From contig ML996701.1 of assembly GCA_010356995.1 (NCBI GenBank), positions 62,001 to 126,000 of the forward strand: DNA of 64,000 bases. Direction: 5' to 3'. Shown here one piece after another: positions 1 through 11,254 of the stretch; the stretch's first letter is position 1; every line of letters begins with the position of its first letter. The notes under the pieces were generated by a model, which had not been told where the DNA came from, did no database searches, and saw only the letters and a program-made list of their open reading frames with translations. This DNA comes from Trichodelitschia bisporula (Eukaryota). A program made the translations under genes and the position numbers.

Positions 1-1455
1 GAACTCTCGCTGCGGCCCGACGCGCCCGTCGCGCTGCTCGCGCTGGCCCAGCGCACGGGGAAGCAGTTCGCCGAGTACATCGCGCTGCGCGAGCTGTACG
101 AGCGCGAGGAGTACGAGCGCACGGGGCAGTGGGGCGCGCCCTACCCCTTTCTCCCACCCCAGAGCATCGGCCCGGTGCCCGCCAAACACCACCCTCCCGG
201 CCCCTCCGCCCCCACCGCCGGGCCCGACGCACCCCCGCCCGCCGACCCCGCGACGTATACCCCCCTCTGGCCTCTCTCGCACGAGGCCGTCGAACGGCAT
301 CTCAAGGAGCTTTCCAAGTGGCCGGATGCCGACGTCGCGCTGGGCGAGCTGTACAAGCGCACGGTGGAGGAGTGGGGCGCGCCTGGGGCCCCGGCGCCGC
401 ACAAGAACAAGGACCCGGTGCGCGGGCCGAGGCCGGGTCCGGCTGCGCCGCCGATGGGGCTGAAGCCCCACCCGTTGACGCATATTTTTGTGCATCCGAT
501 GGACCCGCCGTTCCGGATGTTGCTGCCTGATGGGAAGAGTAGGGTCTACTTCCCCGACGGTACATTCACTGTGCAGCACGAGCGCTGGGCCTGCCCCACC
601 GGTATTAATGCAGGTGGATGGCCAGGTGAATCGAGCGCGGAGGAGGCAATTCGTGCCGTGGAGCGGGTGTGGGAGATTAGTGCGGCCCTTTCAGACACCG
701 ACGGGTCCGAGTACGGGGATGTAAACGACGCCGGCAGGGCTCCTAAACGCGACGGGGGTCCTCTGCCTGATGGGGTGAACAAACGCAGCAAGGGTGAGAA
801 ATCGAGGGCGAGGTCAAGGGGAAGGAGGAGGGATGGGGGGATGAATTTCGATGGCGCTGGATCTGTTGTGGGTGAGACGGCGGAGCGTGCGTGGGGGACG
901 GTGGATGGGGTCGATGGGTGGACGGGACTTGACGGAAACGACTCTGTGAAGAGTGCGAAGCGCGGCCGCAGCTCGAAGCCCAAGACGCGCACTCGATCGC
1001 GCAGCGTGGGACCGTCGGTACGTGCCTTGTCGCCGGAGAGTGGGCAGGCGCGCGTTGTTAAGTTCCTCGAATCATTCCGGCGGTCTCGGTCCGCCGATTC
1101 TAGTTCTGCTTCTGGCAAAGATTGGGGTCGGAAGCGGCGCGATATCCCTGAGAACGTGTTCATCCGCCCGGACATCCGCTACGCGCAGCACCGCGCGACG
1201 CACATCTGCCTCCCTAAGCCGAACGAATACGTCCTCGCCTCCATCGCTGTCTTTCTCATCAGCTGCCTATTCTGGTTCGTCGAGGGCTTGGTCAATCGAG
1301 AGCGGGGGTGGACGGTTAGGCCCGGTGTGCTGGGGTATGGCTGGATGGAGGATGATGGGTATTGGGCGCGGAGGATTGGGGAGTTGGGGAGGGCGGCGGG
1401 GAGGGTGAGGTGGCTTGTTGGGCCTGCTGGGAGGGGGCGGTGGATTGGGGTTTGA
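1..1455 (+). CDS. Hypothetical protein, 5'-partial; Pro-rich and Arg/Ser-rich, with one C-terminal hydrophobic segment
   Basis: Frame 1 is open from base 1 (ELSLRPDAPVALLALAQRTGKQF...) through the 175..1455 ORF to TGA. Codon usage looks coding. Hydrophobic stretch YVLASIAVFLISCLFWFV near the C-terminus. No family recognised. Confidence 0.6.
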   Translation, partial: ELSLRPDAPVALLALAQRTGKQFAEYIALRELYEREEYERTGQWGAPYPFLPPQSIGPVPAKHHPPGPSAPTAGPDAPPPADPATYTPLWPLSHEAVERHLKELSKWPDADVALGELYKRTVEEWGAPGAPAPHKNKDPVRGPRPGPAAPPMGLKPHPLTHIFVHPMDPPFRMLLPDGKSRVYFPDGTFTVQHERWACPTGINAGGWPGESSAEEAIRAVERVWEISAALSDTDGSEYGDVNDAGRAPKRDGGPLPDGVNKRSKGEKSRARSRGRRRDGGMNFDGAGSVVGETAERAWGTVDGVDGWTGLDGNDSVKSAKRGRSSKPKTRTRSRSVGPSVRALSPESGQARVVKFLESFRRSRSADSSSASGKDWGRKRRDIPENVFIRPDIRYAQHRATHICLPKPNEYVLASIAVFLISCLFWFVEGLVNRERGWTVRPGVLGYGWMEDDGYWARRIGELGRAAGRVRWLVGPAGRGRWIGV

Positions 1456-1659
1456 CGGGGGGGTTGATATCGGGGTGGGGGGGATGGGGATGGGGATATG
1501 TGATGGGTACGGTAGTGTTGATGATTTATGTTGAATTTATTGTCGTTTTTTTCGCTGAAGAGATGGGGCTGAGATGAGGGCCTTCCTGAGTTGCTGGTTC
1601 TCTCTGCTAGTGACTAGGTCCATTGTGCTAAGTTGCGCTTTTACTTTTAACCCCGCTTT

Positions 1660-1738
1660 GGAGCATACTTAGTCAAGGAAGGGACATGACATAACGCGCT
1701 CAGGGCCAAGGGAAGGAGTATTGAAGGACATCGTGTAT
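1660..1738 (+). repeat. Dispersed repeat family, copy A (partial)
   Basis: 70/79 nt identical, ungapped, to 20933-21011 (ggagcatact...ttgaaggacatcgtgtat). Confidence 0.85.
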
Positions 1739-2350
1739 ATATTTCCCGGCGAGACGAGCGACGCACTGTCGTGGAGATCAGTCCCTTACGGTAGGGTACT
1801 TCGATGACTGCAACTCTCTCACGGAACAGCATCTCTCACCCGCGTCTCCGTTACTGTGGCCAACCTCTTGGACCTTATGGGCTGGCACCCTAAATATCAA
1901 GCTCAAGTTGCGAGGCGGCGCTGATTGTCCAGACCGTGACAGTAACCTGCAATATCTGATGCCAGCATATTGGCGCAAGGTGATGGGAGGTTGGCTGTGC
2001 TTGATGCGGGGGGGAGGGAACGGGGCTATTATGCCTTCTGGAGTCCGCCACTCTTGATGCTATTTCCCGACGTGCTTTATCTGTGTGCAAAGCACCACTT
2101 GCCAATTTCTGGTCTCGAAAATATGTCTTTACGCGGGTAAAAGGACGCGGGGGGATAGTATCAAGAGTTGGAGGGTGGATCGGTGACGCCCAAGGGACCA
2201 CTTCCATAGAAGTCCATGAAGCTACACGCGCCACCCAAGCACCAAACAGGCTGCCAGTTCCCAAACCGGCATGCAAAAGTCCAGAAAACACCCAAAACTC
2301 CAATCCACCCAACTCCCCTACACCACACACAGCTATACAAAGCTCCCCCC

Positions 2351-4425
2351 CTACTTAGCATTAACCCCAATCTCATAACCCAACAGCACCTCCGTACTCG
2401 CCCCTTCCCACCCGCGATTCCCCGCCGTAGAAATAAGAAACGAGCACGTCGGGTCGATATACAACTGGCTAATCACGCCCGTGCGATGGCCGGGCACGAT
2501 CAGGAAGGGGACGACGGAGTGCCGGGATGCGTCCTGCTCTTTTAAATCGTAGAGGCGGAGGATGTCGAAGGACGCACTGAGGAACAGGAGGGGGTTAAAA
2601 CACGGAACCAGAAGTAGTGGAGGGATAGGAGAGGGGGGAGGGGGCTCACCAAATCAAATGCTTCCCATTCGGCATCGCCCTCACCGCGGACACCGGGCCA
2701 CTCCCCGCCGGAAAGCGAAACGTGCGTCTCGGCTCCCTCAACCCCTTGTGCAAACTATACTCATCCACAGCATTATTCCTCCTACCAGCGTAAATGAAGT
2801 TCCCGTCGGGGCTCCAGCACGCACTCATACACCACGGCGCATTACCCCGTATCCGCGCGATCGGGTTGGACATTCGCCTGTCCCAGACGCGAATTGTGCC
2901 GTCGATGGACGCGTCGAGGAATGTGCTGTCGCTCATAGCGGGGGCTTCGTGGTTGGACACGCCGTTGGTGGAGAGGTAAAGGTCTTCGGCGTGGGGGAGG
3001 GGGGCGCGCGCGCCCCCCGCGCTGGCGCCGTTGGTTTGTGGGTTGGCGGCGGGGGGTGGCTGGACGGGACCCCCTGCGGGGAGCTCGGGGGGTTCGGCGG
3101 AGTTGGGCCGCTGCAGCTCGGATTTCATGGCGCGGCTGAACTCGTCGTCGTCGTCGTCGACGCCGGGCATGGTGGGCACTTCCATCATGCCGCCCGCCGG
3201 GGACCCGAAGAGCGAATCGTTGTCCGGCGAGCCAGGCGCGTCGTCCATGGCGCTGTCCTGGAGGGTGAGGCCGAGGCCGTTGGTTGTTTGGGTTGTGAAC
3301 GCGCTGAGGGAGGAGGGCGCGGCGTCGTTGTTGGAACTGAACGTCCCGTTGGTCAGGGGCGGGGCGCCGGTTTCTTCGGGGACGGGGAGGGAGGATATAG
3401 GTCTTGTTTCTAGGGCAGATATTTGCCCGCCTGAGGTTGCGAAGCGCCGCTTTACCTGGCCCGTGTTCAAGTCCCAGTCCAGGATCGTTTTGTCCCAGCT
3501 CCCGCTCAGGGCGGAGCGTTCGTCTTGCGACAGTTTGAGGACGGAGACGGCAGAGGTATGTTCGCGCAGACTCGTGATGCGCGTGCCCTCGGAGTGCCGC
3601 ACGGATTGCACATTGATCGCGCCGGACTCCGTGCCACTCAGCAACCAAAGCGCCTGATTCTGCACAGCCAGCGAATAAACCGGACTCGGCGGCGGCGGGT
3701 CCGCACCCCGCACGGGCGTGCGCAACGGCGTATGTTCCTCGTTTTCCCAGTAACTAAGCAGAACCCCCGCCTTGGTCACGGAGTCGACGAAGGGATGCCG
3801 CTGCGCGACCGTAAGCATGACTTTCCCGTTCGCCGTGTCGGTCCAGTTGAATTTGCGGATGTAGCCGTCCGACCCGCCGCTGAAGACCCAGCGCATGTCG
3901 GGGGTTGCGCATACGGAGTTGATGGATGTGCCTTGCGGGGCGGCGATGGTGGGGACTATGTCGTAGGAGGGTGCCGAGAGGGCTTCGGGGCGGATTGTGG
4001 GGCGGTAAGGGAGGGAGGGGGGTGTGGAGGAGTGCGGGGGGAGGGGGGGCATGGGGGCGAGGTTGGAGGGGCCTGTGGAGGTGCTTGTGGTTTGGGATTG
4101 CAGTGCCTGGCTTGAGGATGTGACGGTGGGAAAGGAGCCCGGGGAGGCGTTTTGTCGGCGGGCCTGCAGGCGGGCGGTAGACGGCGATTCTATCTCGTCG
4201 TTGTCATCATCGTCGTCGTCATCGCCCTCGTCGCCTTCGGCCTCGGCCTCGTCGGGTTCTTCCGCGTCGTTGTCGGCGTCCGGGTCGCCGTCGCCGTCGT
4301 CTACGTCGTCCATGTTTTCGTCATTGTCGTCCTCGGAGCTGTTGACCGAGGCTGGGGGGTTAGCTGCGAAGGCGTACAAGGGGGAGGAACGTACCATTGT
4401 CATCGTCGTCGTCAAAACTGGGCAT
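2351..4425 (-). CDS. SPT8: SAGA complex subunit Spt8 (acidic N-terminus plus WD40 repeats)
   Basis: Exons 4425-4395, 4351-2650 and ~2577-2351, with GTACGT..CTAAC..AG and GTGAGC..AG introns. Motifs: YDIVPTIAAPQGTSIN, VFSGGSDGYIRKF, LSGSWDKTILDWDLNTG, CMSACWSPDG. C-terminal exon CASFDILRLYDL...PFLIVPGH...STAGNRGWEG is typical of Spt8. Confidence 0.93.
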
Positions 4426-6161
4426 CTTGCGCCTGGGGGGAAGGGGTTGGGGAGTAGGAGGTGATCCAAAGTTAAAGAGCGGTCGAGAGAGGTCTAAAGA
4501 AGGGCCAACGGGTGTCAGTCCAAGTTGACGAGATGGGAGTCGGTAGGTGCGAAGCAAATGCAGAGAAGATAGCCAAGTATATAATGAGAGCAAGGGCAGG
4601 GAGGCTACCAAAGTTTCGACGCCATGTTAAGACGGGAAGCGCAACCAAGGCCGGCAGAATAACATCGCGGCTTCACCGCCCTCTTTTCCCCAGTGGCGCC
4701 GCCATGGAAGGTGAGGCGGTGCAACGAGCCTCTCCCGTTCCGGGGTGAAGCGAGCCGAGCCGTGCACGCCAAGTTTGGCCGGGATGTTCAAACGCAGCCT
4801 CGCGTGCTCGCGTCAACTTCTCGCCGGCTTCCTTTCAACGTCACCTGCGGGATCGCGGACCGTCTTTACCATCTTTGCCCACCCACTTGGATCTCTGGGT
4901 TATGAGATTGTACCTGAGCGAGTTGGGATCATCCATTGGCGTGCTGAGTACTCTTTTTTTCGGATCACCGGTCGAACCACGATATGCACAGCTCACCGAT
5001 CGACCCACGAATGCACTGCAAGCATGAACCGTTCATGTCCTGTTACCGGCGATTGGCCAGTCATTTCATGTTCAGGAGACTTGATCTCAATATGCTGTGG
5101 GAGCCATGTGTACTATGACGAGACGACATCAGCCAAGGACGACAGGGAGGGAATTTGGAAATGCAGCCCGAGAGTACTCAACAATGACACAAAGAGATCC
5201 ACACCCGCACCGTCTCACATGCAGCTGAAGACGCAGACATGCATATGATACATGGTGACAAGACGACACGCAAGACATGGCGATGTGGCCTGTCAAACAA
5301 AGGAGCCGCAGCAAACATGTGGCAAACGGTTCCCACCGTCGCTGGTGAGTTGCAAGACAATCCGATTCCTTGGAGACATGATATCCGACGTCCATTTATC
5401 ACTCTGGCGTTGTTGGTGCTTCTTGCCACTTGAGATTCGAGTCGCATTGCTCCTGCCTCGTCAGTTCCGTCTTCGGCTGCTAACTCGTCCTCATACAGCA
5501 GGCGCCGGATTCGCTCCTGCCAAACCAAGTCTTTCACCCACCCGCGCACCTTCCCTCGACACCGACCCTCAACTCTCCGCCAAGAAGCAATAAAGGTGCG
5601 GTGGACCCCCTTGGGCGCCATTCGCTTCCTCTCCCCAACTATTCCTCAACGTTGTTACCGCGACCGCCATCAGTGCTCCTCACGTGGCTACAGCATTGCC
5701 TACTCTCGCCGGCGTTCCTGCCACTTTTATACTGCTGCTATCAGTTCTTTCGTAATATAGTTTCTCCTTGTTTGTACAACGGAATTTTGTATCCCCGTGT
5801 GTCGATTGTTGACTTTATCAAACTGCGAATCTACTCTCGTAAATCCGCTCTGTATCTTTCACACTCTCCAAACTCTCCATCCCCTCCGCCTGCTCCCATC
5901 CACCTGCACTCCTCCACTTCCTAGCATCCACCTGCTCGCCACCTTCAGCGCCGCAAATCAGCGCTCCTAGCAAGCAGAAAGTGCTTCGAACCCCCCAAAG
6001 CGGCGTCCAGAGCAACGAGAGTTCGCCTCCACTTCAAGCTCCTTCTTCACCCAAGTCTTCGCGCCGGTTAGCGCGCATTGCGTAAGTTGCCTATACATTT
6101 GCTCTCTCGTCTACCGGCGTGCCGTTTGGCTCTTCTAACGTCGCTCGTACCAGCCGTCGCG

Positions 6162-9100
6162 ATGCCTCTGCTTAAGGAACCGCCGCCGGTGTTCATTCGG
6201 TACTTCCAGCACAAGAAGAAGTCCCCGCAGCCAGAGTCCGCGCAACCGCAGTCCGCGCCGGAGCAGAAGCCTTCGCTGCAGCGGGGTCCAGCGCCGGAGC
6301 CAACGGTCGCTAAGAGCAGCAACTCCAATGGGGCGTCGTTCGACAGCGACATTGGCCCGGTTGACCGAGTTCCGGCCGACAACGGCATTGCGGCCTCCCG
6401 CAAGCACAAGAAAGCTGCCGCGGCGATGTCGCGTGTCGAGATTGTCGACTCCGACGAGTCTCCCCCTAACATCCGGGGTGGCTACGACGACGCTCGTTAC
6501 GGTAAGACCCTCCAGAACGTCTTATGTTCTTTCGCTAATGATCATAGATTGGCCTTCCGCCCCCGAAATTGAAGCTAACATTCCGGCAGGCCACATGGCG
6601 GTCGCGCGTTACGTGAATGCGGGCCTGAGCGACATGTCGAAGGACTCCTGGATGGCTGCTCCGGAGATTCCTACGGGCGGTGAGCTCAAGGACGAGCTCG
6701 AGCCCTGGCACCGGGTTCTTGAAAGTACTGGTGAGATAATCATCGGTCGGAACGAGGTCCGGAAGCCGTGGGCGTCAAAGGAAGAATACCTGCGCAACCA
6801 CTATCACCTTCTGCGCGAAGAAGTTGTGTTCAATCTTCGTCACACTGTCGTGACTCTCAGCAAGATGCACTACCCGGAGGAGTTTACAAACAAGATCGGC
6901 CTCTACAACAAGGTCTTTGTTACCGAGCTGATCTTGGCCGATCGGGGCCTCGGTGTTCGAGTGTCGTTCTCGCTCGAGCGCGTTGGGAAGAACGTCAACT
7001 GGGAGCAGTCCAAGCGCCTGATGACCGGTTCGCTGGTTGCTCTCACTCCGGCCGACGACAAGTTTCGGACCAAGATCATACCCGCCGTCGTCGCCGCTCG
7101 CCCTCTGAGCCTTCTTAATCGCGATCCTCCAGAGATCGACTTGTTCTTCGCCAATCCCGACGATATCCCTATCGATTCCACTCTCGAGTTCATGATGGCC
7201 GAAGAGCGCTCGAGCTTCTTCGAGGCTCATCGTCATACCATGGTCGCGCTGCAGCGCATGATGAATGAAGAGTTCCCTCTCTCCGAGCACCTCGTCAACG
7301 TCAAGACAAAGGTGGAGGCGCCGGTGTACCTCCAAAAGTCGCCCTTTGTCGACTTGGGTGCCGTGTTTAAGCATCCGCTCGGTGACGACGTAATGCCCAA
7401 CATTCTCAAAGACTGGCCGAAGGGACTCGAGACCGGCCTGGACGACTCTCAGGAGGAGGCACTCCAGCGTTTCCTGACGAAGCGCCTCGCCATCCTGCAA
7501 GGCCCTCCCGGTACCGGCAAGACCTTTGTCTCAGCCACGGCGCTCAAAGTAATGATTCAGAACATGAGGGACGATTCGCCGCCCATAATTGTGGCTTGCC
7601 AGACGAATCATGCAATTGACCAGCTGCTTCGTCAAGTCGCGGCCTTCGAGCCGAACTTCGCGCGCCTCGGTGGTCGCTCCAAGGATCAGGAAGTGATCAA
7701 GCCTCGCACCTTGTGGAATCTCAAGAATGACAAGAAAATTGGAGTTTCGCGTGCGGCGTTCAAGGACAACTCGCGCCCTCGGATCTTGAAGCTGCGGAAA
7801 GATATGCTCAGCCTTTTGGATCCGCTCCATACAGACGCTGGACTGATGGATCCGGTGCTTCTGCGGCGCTTGGATGTCATCTCCGAAGCGCAGTTCCAAT
7901 CGCTTCTGAAGGATAAGCCGGAATGGGCTGGCTCAAAGGGTCAGCACCCCAAGCAGTTGCTCTCCACATGGCTCGGTGATCAGAAGATTGAACACAAACG
8001 CTTGACCGGTCAGACGCGCTTCAGCTCCTTTGAAGAAACCGAAATTGAAACCGAGCAGTTGGAGGAGCTCGAAGCCGAGGCTTATGCTCGGGATGACGAT
8101 GACATTGAGGCGCTGAAGGGGGAGTCGGCTGGACTCTGGGACCAATATGTGGGTAAAGGTGGTGACGGCTACGGTCGCCTCGACATCGCATCCCTTGCCG
8201 CCGCACAAAACGTGTGGACCGTTACTGAGAAGTATCGCGGTCGTGTCTACAACATCTGGGTCGCCCAGGCCAAGGAACTCCTTCGGCGCGAGTTTGCTCG
8301 TCTGGCTGTGAAGTACAACCAACTGGTCATTGCGCTCAAAGCGTCGAAGGACGAACACAGCCTGGCTGTCCTCAAGAAGCAGAAGATCGTGGGCATGACC
8401 ACCACCGGTCTGGCCAAGTACCGCGCGCTCGTATCAACACTGAATCCCAAAGTCGTCCTCATCGAAGAGGCCGCCGAGACCATCGAGGCGCCCATTGCGG
8501 CTGGCTGCGTTCCATCGGTGCAGCATCTCATTCTCGTGGGCGATCACAAGCAGCTTCGGCCGAATTGTGTACTTACCAATCACAATCAACCTGGTACCGA
8601 CCTCAACGTTTCTCTGTTTGAGCGCCTTGTCAACCTCGGCGTCGAGTATTCCATGCTCAAGCGCCAGCGCCGGATGATTCCGGAGGTGCGTCGCTTAATC
8701 GCGCCTATCTATGGCAAGGAAATCGAGGATCATCCGATCGTGCTCGATCCCGAGTATCGTCCCGACGTGCCAGGCATGGGTGGCGTCAACAGCTTCTTCT
8801 TCGACCACCAGCACCATGAGCAGTTAGACACGTTCAAGTCGCGCATGAACTCCCATGAGGCCGCAATGTTGGTCGGTTTCACTCGCTACCTGCTGTACAA
8901 CGGCATGAAGGAGAGCCAGATCACGATTCTCACCTTTTACCATGCGCAGCGTAAAATGATCCTCAGTACTCTTCGCCAGAAGGTCCCGGGTCGGCGAATC
9001 AAAGTCGTGACGGTGGATTCCTACCAAGGCGAGGAGAACGACGTAATCCTCCTCTCGTTGACTCGTAACAACAAGGATGGCAACATTGGATTCCTTGAAA

Positions 9101-10308
9101 ACGACAACCGCACCTGCGTGGCTCTTTCACGCGCCAAGCGTGGCTTCTACCTCTTCGGAAACTCGCAGCTCCTGTCGGAAGGATCTGACACCTGGAAGCA
9201 GGCCGTGCATGTGATGACACACAATACCACTGATCCTGTCAAGATCTGGGAGCGTCGTGTGGGAGACAAGTTCCCAGTGACCTGCGCTAAGCATCTCGAC
9301 TCCATGCTTATCGAGTTTCCCTTCCAGTGGTATGAGCTCCACGGCGGCTGCCCGCGCAAATGCGAGGGTGAACTCCCTTGCGGCCATCCTTGTATGATCA
9401 CTTGTCATCCGTGTTCGCACGAAGAGGTGTTCTGCGACTCCCGCTGCGAGCGCACGTTGGAGTGTGGTCACCCGTGCACCTCGCTGTACTGCGGCGGTCC
9501 ATGTGTTTGCCGTATCTGCAATAATGTTCCTGACGAGCTGCCGACTGCCCCTCGTATCAAGGAGCCTCGCCCAGCCGAGAAGACTCCGAAGGACGAGGAA
9601 CATAGAGGCCCGGTGACGACATCGTTGTGGAACACTTACGCGGACACCAATCGCGCGAACATCGACAAGTCGCGTACCGCGGCCATGGATTCGCGTCAGC
9701 AGGCTAACCGCACCGCAAATGGTCGCAACGAGGTGTCCCGCGGTTACGGCAACCGTCGTGGCCTGGGTTATCCCTCCGGGCCGCATCGTCCGCCCAACAG
9801 CCGCTCGCATAGCGATGTCAATCCTGATACCAGCGACGTCACTCCTGATGCCGGTGACTTCGATACCTTCTTCCCGCTGAAGACTGTAACTCCTCGTGCG
9901 GTTGAGGTCATTCCAGCCCCCAAGTGGGTTTCTCGCTCGCCGGTCAAGGAGACTCGTAGTATTGCCGCTCCTCCGGAGGGCGTTCCAGCTACCAAGCGGG
10001 TTACGCGTTCGCCGGTCAAGGAAGCTCGTGGTCCTGCCGTGACTCCGGAGGTGGTTTCCGTCACGGACCTGGTTAGAACTACTCCCTCGCCGGTCAAGGA
10101 GGCTCGTGGTCCTGCCCCTGCTCCGGAGGTTCCAGCCACCAAGCGGGTTACACGCTCGCCAGTCAAGGAGACTCGTGGTATTGCCGCTCCTCCGGAAGAT
10201 ATTCCACCTACCAAGCGGACTGCTTCCTCGCCGGTCAACGTCGCTGGTGATCCTGCCGCTGCTGTGGAGGCCGAGCTCCAGGAAGAGGACGACCTCATGG
10301 AGTTTTAG
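6162..10308 (+). CDS. hrr1: UPF1-like SF1 RNA helicase with NF-X1-type zinc fingers; Hrr1/SAD-3/ZNFX1 family (RNA silencing)
   Basis: ATG at 6162; intron 6502-6547 (GTAAGA..GCTAAT..TAG) joins it to the 1326-aa ORF frame. YLRNHYHLLREE, VNWEQSKRLMTGSLVAL, Walker A QGPPGTGKT, CQTNHAIDQ, Walker B IEEAAE, LVGDHKQLRP, TVDSYQGEE, VALSRAKRG, Cys/His fingers CPRKC..LPCGHPC..CH. Confidence 0.9.
9921..10240 (+). repeat. Coding tandem repeat (~72 nt, ~24 aa, x5) in the helicase C-terminal tail
   Basis: tcgcc(g/a)gtcaa(g/c) (SPVK x4, SPVN x1) recurs at 9937, 10009, 10087, 10156 and 10228. Confidence 0.9.
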
Positions 10309-11218
10309 CTCCGCAAGGTGGGCTACTCTTCTTGTCACTTGGGAACAATGCTAACAGCTTTCAGATTCTCACTCACGGAAAGTTCGAATTGTGTGTCTGA
10401 GGGCTAAGTAAGCTGTTGTTAGGGAAGGAAGATGTCATATCTTCTGGACGGAATGATAGTGTAACTACATAGAACATAGACTGCAAATCGAACCATGGTT
10501 ACATATCATGTGCGTGATGAAGTGCGTGATGACAGTGTGTGGATTGTAATATCTTTGATTCGTATGCTATGCTTCAGCGAGCCATATATCAATGCGCAAG
10601 GGGCGGACCACTGAGAATACGACGCCGCACTTGATCCCCCCCGGAATGTCCTCTGATATGACATCCCGGGTCTACGTCACTGAAGGCGAGAGAACATCTG
10701 GGAAAATGAAGTGATAGGGGGGGGACATGAATCCAATGGGCTAGATTTCAAATTGCCGTTCCGCAGTTTTCCAAAAAAAAAAACCAAAAAAAACCAAAAA
10801 AACCGCACATCCATTACCCACACCCGTAAATGCAGTAGATACCCACAACCAACCCCCCTCCCCCCCCCCCCCCCCCCCCCCCAGAAAAAAAAAGAGTGGA
10901 AACCATCATCAAAGCACAACACACACATGACGCTGAAGCCCATCCAATCGTGCCGAACCCGCCAACCTCCCCTGCCCCTATCCCCATCTCCTCACATCCC
11001 GTTGCACCATCATTGCACGGCTGACTCGAGCGCAAAAGAATGAAGCCATATTCGCACGACAAAAACGCCCCTACCAACCCCCATCCCCATCGCCCATCAT
11101 GAGTGTCTGCCCCATCCGTGCCTGTAGATCCGAAAAAGCGCGTCAAGCATACATAACCGCCCACCACCGCCTACCCAACCCCCAACCCATCCCCCCAAAA
11201 CCCTCTTCCATTCCGTGA

Positions 11219-11220
<2 letters not shown>

Positions 11221-11254
<34 letters not shown>
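11221..11254. repeat. C34 homopolymer abutting the RhoGEF stop codon
   Basis: 34 consecutive C; on the minus strand the last base of TAG runs into poly-G. Confidence 0.9.

Noticed and set aside
6775..10338. Long antisense ORFs over the helicase (e.g. 9127-10338, 403 aa) and similar shadows over other genes
   Set aside because: Expected by-product of GC-rich, C/G-ending codon usage; no motifs, and they overlap well-supported genes.
10510..10615. GTGATGA x2 with a downstream CTGA as a possible C/D snoRNA
   Set aside because: No terminal stem or recognisable rRNA guide; better explained as a short tandem duplication.
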